This document shows positions 58,066 through 64,000 of a stretch of DNA of 64,000 nt, piece by piece. The DNA comes from Verrucomicrobiota bacterium (GTDB lineage Bacteria; Verrucomicrobiota; Verrucomicrobiia; Limisphaerales; UBA11358). The translations under genes and the position numbers were made by a program. The notes below the pieces were generated by a model, which worked only from the letters and a program-made list of their open reading frames with translations, searched no databases and was not told the DNA's origin. Position 1 is the stretch's first letter; every line of letters starts with the position of its first letter. The DNA lies in contig JBEKHY010000012.1 in assembly GCA_050012035.1 (NCBI GenBank), forward strand, positions 11,110 through 75,109, read 5' to 3'.

Positions 58066-59772
58066 TTATGGTTGTTGACTCGTGGAATTTGTTCCCGGAG
58101 ATGGCGCTTCCATCACCGGAATAAGTGTCATGCCGCAGATGGGACATTTGCCCGGTTTGTCTTCGTGAATGTAACTGTGTTCCGGCATCGGGCAGGTGTA
58201 GTAAAGCACCTTGCCGCCCGGCTGAAGCTCCTTGAGTTCGCCGGGGGTTACCGGCACGAGGGTCATGCCACAAATCGGGCATTTGCCCGGATGATCGTAA
58301 ACGATCGAAACGTGTTCCGGCATCGGGCAGACATAAACCACACCTTCGCTTTCGACATTGGTAGATGAAGCCTGCTCCATTTTGCTCGTGTTGGTGGCTG
58401 CCGGCATTTCCATCGTGGCTTCCGCCGGCGCGCGCATTTTTTGAATCGCCTCGCGCAACTGGCTTTCCGAATCGAGCATGAACTGGCCGGACGTGACCAC
58501 GCGCTCGCCTGCCTGCAAGCCGCTGACCACCTCGTACATGTCATGTTCCGCCTCCGGGCCGAGCACCACCGTGCGTGGATCAAATTTCCCACCAGGCAGG
58601 GCAACGAACACGGTGTTCTTCTCGCCGCTGCGCAGGATGGCGGAATCCGGTATCAACAGCGCCGCGGGTTCCAGCTCGGACGTGATTTGCACGGAGACGA
58701 ACATGCCGGGCTTAAGGAAATATCCGGGATTTTCAAACTCCAGCCGTACCCGTGCCGTGCGCGTCTTTTCATCCACGTTCGGGTAAACATAGGTGACGCG
58801 TCCGCGAAACTCGCGGTCGGGCAGCGATGAGAGTTTGACCACGGCTTCCTGTCCCAGCCGGATGTAGGGGAGGTCCTGCTCGTAAATCTGCGCATAAACC
58901 CAGACAATTCCCAAGTCGGCCAGTTGATAGAGCTTCATGCCGGCGTCCACCATTTGTCCCTGCACAACATTTTTCTCAATCACAAAGCCGTCAATCGGCG
59001 CGAGAATCTGCAGGGTCTTGCGGGGCTGGTCCGTTTTTTTCAACTCGGCGATTTGCGCATCGGAAATGTCGTAAAATTTCAGCTTGTTTGCCGCCGTCTC
59101 GCGGAGCGCCGCCGTGCCGGAATCGTTGGTGGAATTCAAAACCGCCAGATACTCGGCCTCGGCGCTGTAAAGTTCCGGCGAATAGATAGCAAACAACGGT
59201 TCGCCGCGATGCACCAGTTCGCCGGTCGCATCCACGTAAAGCTTTTCGATCCAGCCCTTGAATTTGGTTGTCACGTCCGCCAGCGCGGTTTCGTTGTAAT
59301 CAATCGTGCCGACGGTGCGGATGGTTCGGCGCAGCGGGCCGCGTGTGATTTCCGCCGTCTGGATGTTCATCAGTTGAATCGTCGCCGGGTCAATCGCGAT
59401 TCCGGAAGAGCCGGCGGCCGCATTTTCATAAACCGGCACCATGTCCATGCCCATGCTGTCCTTGGCCGGCACCGGGCTGGTCTCGCCCGGCTTCATCGTG
59501 GACGTGTAATACAGGATTTTGCGTTCGCTGGCCGGAGCCGCGCCGGTCGTCTTGTGGACCGGTTCGAGTTTCATGCCGCAAATCGGGCAGTTGCCGGGAT
59601 GATCCTGGATGATCCACGGGTGCATCCCGCAGGTGTAGAGCGTCTTCCCGGATGAAGCGGCGGCAGTGTCGGTGGCGTCCGGTTTGCGGGAACTGTCAGC
59701 GGCAAATACGCCCTGGCCAACCACCGCGATGAGCAATGTGCCGACTAAAATCAATTTCCATTTTGATTTCAT
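58066..59772 (-). CDS. efflux RND periplasmic adaptor with three heavy-metal-binding (HMBD) modules
   Basis: A membrane-fusion-protein core plus one N-terminal and two C-terminal Y(T/V)CPMHP-type modules: YTCGMHPWIIQDHPGNCPICGMKL, YVCPMPEHVSIVYDHPGKCPICGMTL and YYTCPMPEHSYIHEDKPGKCPICGMTL. Confidence 0.85.
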   Translation of the reverse strand: MKSKWKLILVGTLLIAVVGQGVFAADSSRKPDATDTAAASSGKTLYTCGMHPWIIQDHPGNCPICGMKLEPVHKTTGAAPASERKILYYTSTMKPGETSPVPAKDSMGMDMVPVYENAAAGSSGIAIDPATIQLMNIQTAEITRGPLRRTIRTVGTIDYNETALADVTTKFKGWIEKLYVDATGELVHRGEPLFAIYSPELYSAEAEYLAVLNSTNDSGTAALRETAANKLKFYDISDAQIAELKKTDQPRKTLQILAPIDGFVIEKNVVQGQMVDAGMKLYQLADLGIVWVYAQIYEQDLPYIRLGQEAVVKLSSLPDREFRGRVTYVYPNVDEKTRTARVRLEFENPGYFLKPGMFVSVQITSELEPAALLIPDSAILRSGEKNTVFVALPGGKFDPRTVVLGPEAEHDMYEVVSGLQAGERVVTSGQFMLDSESQLREAIQKMRAPAEATMEMPAATNTSKMEQASSTNVESEGVVYVCPMPEHVSIVYDHPGKCPICGMTLVPVTPGELKELQPGGKVLYYTCPMPEHSYIHEDKPGKCPICGMTLIPVMEAPSPGTNSTSQQP

Positions 59773-59778
59773 AAAATT

Positions 59779-61215
59779 TCAAGGTTGATGAGTGTTCGAC
59801 AAAAATGGTGCATTCGCCGGTGGCAATCCGGCGACCATGATGGACAATTCCGCGAGCGCAATTTCGCGCGCCGTGCGGGCTTCGGCGGCTTCGAGTTGTA
59901 AATCCAACGGCAGCCGTTCCGCGCCGGTCACGGCAGAAAAATCCATCGTGCCCGTGCGATAACCGGCGCGGACGGTTTCCAGCGATTGACGCGCTTGCGG
60001 CAGGAGTTTGTCCTCGATCAAGTCGAGGTTGCGGCTGGTTTCACGGCAGGCGAACAGTTTTTCGGCGAAGCTGACGGCGAGGTCAATTTGCGCCGCTTTC
60101 AGCCGCGACTTTGCCGCGAGTTCGTTCGCCTTGGCCTGCGCGATTTCCGCCGCGATTTTGTCGCGCCAGATCGGGAGACTCATACTCGCCTGCGGCCAGT
60201 AAAGCACGGGCGACGCCTTCACGTCGGCCATCAGCGCCAGGCTGAAATCCGGCACGCGCTCCCTGTAAGCCACCGCGATGCCGGCTTCGGCGGCGCGCAC
60301 GTCGGCTTCCGTCGCCTTGAGTTGCGGGTTGCGCGCGAACGCTACACGGAGCAGTTCGTCGGCGTCAGGATTTTCGCCGCCAGTTTCAAAATGCGCGGGT
60401 GTGGGCGGGTCCGGTTGGTCCGGCGTTAAGCCCAGCGCAGCCTTGAAATTTGCCAGTAGTGAAGGGCGCGAATCTTCGAGATTGGCAAGGTCGGTGTGGA
60501 CGCGGTCGCGCTCGCTTTGGACACGCAACACGTCCGGCAACGCTGCCACGCCGGTCGCATTTTGGGCGCGGACGGCGCGCTCCTGATTTTCCAACAGCGA
60601 AAGCGTCTCGCGTTTGAGACGAAGCTGCTCATCCAGCAGGCCAAGTTGGTAATACGCGCGTTTCAGGTTAAACGCGGTTTGGAGCACGGCACTTTCAAAA
60701 GCGAAGTATTTGTCCTGACTTTCAGCGGCGGCGACGCGGGCGCGTGCCTTGAGCTTGCCGGGGCCGGGAAAATTCCAGGCAAATCCCGGCATCAGCGACG
60801 TGATGACATCCTGAATGTAAGCCTGAAAGGTCAACTGCGGATCCGGCAACGAGCGCGTCACCGTGATGTTCTCGACCGACGCCGACCAGTCGTAAAACGC
60901 CGCTGCGACAGTCGGCGAGTTCAGAAGCGCGAACGCGAGGAAATTGCTCAAGCTCGAATCCGGCGTAAGTTCGGGCAGCGCCAAGCGTTGGTTGCCGGGC
61001 CGATACTGGCCGGCGACTGCGTCGAGATCGTGGTGTGCTTGCTTTTCGCCCGAGGTCGGCACACCCCGGCAACCGGTCAGGGCCAGGGTCGCCAGAATGA
61101 TTGCGGCAAGGCCAAAGATGAGAGGTAGGGACGGCCCGCCGGGCCGTCCGCGGACGCCGTCGCGCGGCGTCCCTACCTTTTCCCAAACCATTCCTGGTAT
61201 TTGTTTGTAACTCAT
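59779..61215 (-). CDS. TolC-family outer-membrane efflux lipoprotein
   Basis: Lipobox LALTGC and two OEP repeats. The signal-peptide n-region (GTPRDGVRGRPGGPSLP) is encoded by a REP element. The start could instead be the second ATG (MVWEK). Confidence 0.8.
   Translation of the reverse strand: MSYKQIPGMVWEKVGTPRDGVRGRPGGPSLPLIFGLAAIILATLALTGCRGVPTSGEKQAHHDLDAVAGQYRPGNQRLALPELTPDSSLSNFLAFALLNSPTVAAAFYDWSASVENITVTRSLPDPQLTFQAYIQDVITSLMPGFAWNFPGPGKLKARARVAAAESQDKYFAFESAVLQTAFNLKRAYYQLGLLDEQLRLKRETLSLLENQERAVRAQNATGVAALPDVLRVQSERDRVHTDLANLEDSRPSLLANFKAALGLTPDQPDPPTPAHFETGGENPDADELLRVAFARNPQLKATEADVRAAEAGIAVAYRERVPDFSLALMADVKASPVLYWPQASMSLPIWRDKIAAEIAQAKANELAAKSRLKAAQIDLAVSFAEKLFACRETSRNLDLIEDKLLPQARQSLETVRAGYRTGTMDFSAVTGAERLPLDLQLEAAEARTAREIALAELSIMVAGLPPANAPFLSNTHQP
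61124..61177. repeat. GC-rich REP-like double hairpin inside the TolC-family CDS
   Basis: GGTAGGGACGGCCCG-CC-GGGCCGTCC GC GGACGCCG-TCGCG-CGGCGTCCCTACC. The termini GGTAGGGAC and GTCCCTACC are complementary. Confidence 0.85.
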
Positions 61216-61314
61216 TTATAAAATCCGATTGTTGACGAAAATATTTAACGCAGACACGACAAGACACCCCCCGCATGCCTGCGTGGGCACACTGCGGGCG
61301 TGGAAATGGAAAAA

Positions 61315-61650
61315 TCAGATGAGCCGGGCGCAATTCCGCGTGTAGAGCGGAGTGCGACTCGCCGTCAACAGCGAGGAAACCGAAGCGGAAAAATCCGGCG
61401 CCGGTGTGTCTGGCAAAGACCAGGCCAACGCGGCAGGTGCAAAGGTCGAAAGCTGACTTTGATACGAAGCCGGAACCGGAGCCGCAGGGACAGGCTGTGA
61501 CTCTGGTGAAACCGGCACAGTACAGCATGCCCTGCCACAATGGCAGGGGGCGTGCGCGACGCGTTTGACGCAGGCCGCCGGTGCTGGCGCGGAGACGATT
61601 GGCGTCCACGCCAGCAACAGGCTGCAAACAATGGTCAGCGTCGTTTTCAC
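61315..61650 (-). CDS. small secreted Cys/His-rich protein (possible metal-binding)
   Basis: Signal peptide MKTTLTIVCSLLLAWTPIVSA, then VAHAPCHCGRACC. It lies directly upstream of the efflux operon on the same strand. Confidence 0.4.
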   Translation of the reverse strand: MKTTLTIVCSLLLAWTPIVSAPAPAACVKRVAHAPCHCGRACCTVPVSPESQPVPAAPVPASYQSQLSTFAPAALAWSLPDTPAPDFSASVSSLLTASRTPLYTRNCARLI

Positions 61651-61707
61651 AGTTTGAATTTCATCCGCCGGTCACCGGATGACTAAACGGTTTTTAACTT
61701 TTTTTGG

Positions 61708-62004
61708 TCAATTTTTGGCGCTCTTGTCGGCGGCGCGAATTTTCGCAAGGTATTTGGCCGGGTCCTTGTCGAAATCCTTTTTGCAGCCCGAACAGCACAA
61801 TTTCACTTCCTGGCCTTTATAGATGAAAACGTAAGGTGGGGCCATTTCGCCGAGTTTGTCACCGGAAACCGGACAGGTGGTTAGCAAATCGGGTTTGAGC
61901 CTGGCGGGGGCAACCGAATTTGTGTCACCCGCCTGGCCGGCGAACGGCAGGGCGAGGAAAGTACCGGCCACCGCCATGGCCGCGAACATTTTCAACTTCT
62001 TCAT
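61708..62004 (-). CDS. YHS/TRASH-type metal-binding domain protein (exported)
   Basis: ORF 61708..62028. I chose the ATG at 62004 (MKKLKMFAAMAVAG is a signal peptide). CPVSGDKL...YKGQEVKLCCSGCKKDFDKDPAKYL is YHS-like. Confidence 0.55.
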   Translation of the reverse strand: MKKLKMFAAMAVAGTFLALPFAGQAGDTNSVAPARLKPDLLTTCPVSGDKLGEMAPPYVFIYKGQEVKLCCSGCKKDFDKDPAKYLAKIRAADKSAKN

Positions 62005-62155
62005 AATTGATGTCGGATATAACTGCACCTATTATACACCAACTCACGAAAATCCCCTCAAAAAAAACTTTGCGGGATTTTGCGCGCGCCGGGGTAACAC
62101 AGACATAACCATACGACGGCGCAATGAAGCGCCGCCGGAAATGAAAGCGAGTTAT

Positions 62156-62509
62156 ATGAAAAACAAAATTCTCCTGACGACAATCGGCGTGGCCGTCCTG
62201 GCCACATTCACCCTCAGCGCGAGCGCTTACGACCTTGCGCTTTCCCCCCGCGCCAAAGACAACCAAATCAAAGTTGTCCTCGGTTACACGGCCGCCCAGC
62301 CGGCCCAGCCGGCACCGGCGACCGGTGTCGCCCTGTCCCCGCGCGCCGCCGCCAATCAGACCCCAACGGTCGCCAGTGTAGCGAACGACGTTAATCCGAC
62401 CCTGCAATGCCGTAATATGACGGCCAGCCCGAAGGCCATAGCGGCGTGTCAGGCGAATCCGGCGATGCCCGGTTGCAGGGCCACCGCGACGGCCAGCGCC
62501 GCGCCTTAA
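62156..62509 (+). CDS. small secreted protein, unknown function
   Basis: ORF 61856..62509. I chose ATG 62156 (MKNKILLTTIGVAVLATFTLSASA). It contains a repeated LSPRA motif and Cys residues near the C-terminus. Confidence 0.4.
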   Translation: MKNKILLTTIGVAVLATFTLSASAYDLALSPRAKDNQIKVVLGYTAAQPAQPAPATGVALSPRAAANQTPTVASVANDVNPTLQCRNMTASPKAIAACQANPAMPGCRATATASAAP

Positions 62510-62588
62510 TTCTTGACCGGGTTGTCTTCGCACGACGAAAACAGTAGATTACGGGCGGCGGACGAAAATCTCCGCCGCCCCAAATCCG

Positions 62589-62906
62589 ATGAACAAAGAA
62601 AATCTCAATCCTGGTGATGTCCGGCTCGGCGCGCTCCTGCGTGCGTCGCGCCCGTTGCCGTCGTTGCCACCCCGTTTCCAGGAAGCCGTCTGGCGGCGGA
62701 TCGAAGAGGCCGAAGCGCCGGCGAAATCCGATTCCTGGCTGGACGCGCTGGCCGCGCTGGTGCTGCGGCCACGACTTGCGTACGCCACCGTCGCCGCGCT
62801 GGTGCTGGCCGGTGTTTTGCTGGGCACATACCAGGGCGCACAAATCGCCAAACGGAATCAGCAGGCGCGCTACCTTGCCGTGGTCGCGCCGGACACACTG
62901 CGTTGA
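62589..62906 (+). CDS. putative anti-sigma factor (single TM)
   Basis: 105 aa with one TM helix (LAYATVAALVLAGVLLGTY). It sits in an ECF sigma module. The call rests on context only. Confidence 0.4.
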   Translation: MNKENLNPGDVRLGALLRASRPLPSLPPRFQEAVWRRIEEAEAPAKSDSWLDALAALVLRPRLAYATVAALVLAGVLLGTYQGAQIAKRNQQARYLAVVAPDTLR

Positions 62907-62909
62907 TTC

Positions 62910-63404
62910 ATGAACCGCTCGCTCATCATCGTGCTGGGGGCGTTGGTGCTGGGCGCGGCGGTCTTTGCCAGCTCCTATTTCGTCAGCCAGCGCGCATGCG
63001 TCGTGACCATGACGCGTTCGGCGGATGATTTAAGCTGGTTGCGCGATGAATTTCACCTGAGCGATGCCGACCTGGCGCGCGTCCGGCAGTTGCACGAGGG
63101 CTACAAACCGAAATGCGCCGAAATGTGCGCGCGCATCGCCGCCAAGAAAGCCGAAGTCCAGGCGGCGCTGGCCAGGGGAACCAATGTCACTGCCGAGGCG
63201 CAAAAAAAACTGACCGAACTGGGCGAACTTCGCGCCCAATGCCAGGCACAAATGCTCGCGCACTTTATGGAAGTCAGCCAGGCCATGCCACCGGCGGAAG
63301 GCCGCCGTTACCTCGCCCAAATGAAAAGCCTCACCCTCGGTTTCCATGAAGAAATCGAGCAATCCATGTCCGAACCCACCGGCCATGAGCATCACCAGCC
63401 CTGA
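62910..63404 (+). CDS. periplasmic heavy-metal sensor / Spy-CpxP-family protein
   Basis: N-terminal anchor. The coiled LSDADLARVRQLHEGYKPKCAEM...EAQKKLTELGELRAQCQAQMLAHF pattern and the His-rich tail GHEHHQP fit this family. Confidence 0.55.
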   Translation: MNRSLIIVLGALVLGAAVFASSYFVSQRACVVTMTRSADDLSWLRDEFHLSDADLARVRQLHEGYKPKCAEMCARIAAKKAEVQAALARGTNVTAEAQKKLTELGELRAQCQAQMLAHFMEVSQAMPPAEGRRYLAQMKSLTLGFHEEIEQSMSEPTGHEHHQP

Positions 63405-64000
63405 TGCCCGGCCTTTGCCGGAGGCTTCCGCCTCCGCTGCGCTCCGGCGCGACGAGTCGGTGCGGCAAGCCGATGCCCGCGACCGGGCTGACATGGAACG
63501 CCTGATTGCCGGCCAGGATGCGGCGCTCAATAACCTGATGGAACGCCACGCGACGCCCATCTTCCAATTCCTTTGCCGGATGGTTGGCAACGAGGCTGAT
63601 GCCAATGATCTGGCGCAGGAAACATTCGTCCGCGTCTTCCGCTCACGAACGAGTTTTCGGACGAACGAAAGATTTTCCGCCTGGCTCTACACCATTGCCG
63701 CCAACCTCGCGCGTAATCATTTCCGCTGGCGGGCGCGGCATCCGAATGTCTCGCTCGAAGCCGGAACCGGGGATTCGGGACAAACCCTCGGCAGCATGCT
63801 TCCGGCGAACGAGCCTGTGCCGAATGAACAGGTGCTGGCCGCCGAGCGTGCGGCCGCCGTTCGCGCTGCGGTCGGCAATTTACCGGAAGATTTACGCGCG
63901 GCGATTGTGCTGTGCGAATGGGAGGAACTCAGCGTGGCAGAAGCGGCGGCAGTTTTGGAGACGACGCCGAAGGCCGTTGAATCGCGGCTGTATCGCGCGC
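63386..64000 (+). CDS. ECF-type RNA polymerase sigma factor (3' end outside window)
   Basis: Frame open to the window end and not in the ORF track. Region 2 is DLAQETFVRVFR...FSAWLYTIAANLARN. Region 4 is LPEDLRAAIVLCEWEELSVAEAAAVLETTPKAVESRLYRA. Confidence 0.85.

Overview
This is a 64-kb, roughly 60% GC chromosomal segment from a Gram-negative bacterium. The abundance of lipoproteins, the sulfatase genes and the kinds of small palindromic repeats suggest a Verrucomicrobiota/PVC-like soil organism, but that is inference only. Gene content in order: cysT-cysW-cysA sulfate ABC transporter; a PAS histidine kinase with two response regulators; a sulfatase neighbourhood (Cys-type arylsulfatase, a HAD/2H-phosphoesterase fusion, an anion porin, FGE and a radical-SAM anSME); a run of about 12 plus-strand genes for exported proteins of unknown function (DUF3478, DUF4136, DUF3300, DUF2950, lipoproteins, DUF481); an HDAC-like gene and an S1/P1-like nuclease gene; a 14-blade Kelch-repeat protein; tRNA-Met(CAT); rpoD; waaA; a permease; two membrane glycosyltransferases; mfd; recF; trpS; kdsD; pheA; scpB; and a heavy-metal RND efflux cluster with small metal-binding proteins and an ECF sigma module. 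I found no rRNA, CRISPR array, integrase or transposase ORF. I also found no clear multi-gene novel system. The most unusual signal is non-genic. At least 20 micro-arrays of degenerate tandem heptanucleotides (fixed 7-nt period, unit sequence differing by locus) lie next to start codons, supply stop codons, or are translated in frame. The translated cases include 8 cassettes inside mfd and several lipoprotein signal-peptide n-regions. GC-rich REP-like hairpins behave the same way. Other notable points are a 193-nt nested-palindrome MITE-like element sitting exactly between two 75-nt copies of the mfd 3' end, tRNA-derived relics, a decayed islet around the Kelch gene, and a ~42% GC single-gene insertion encoding an HNH-like/SEC-C protein.
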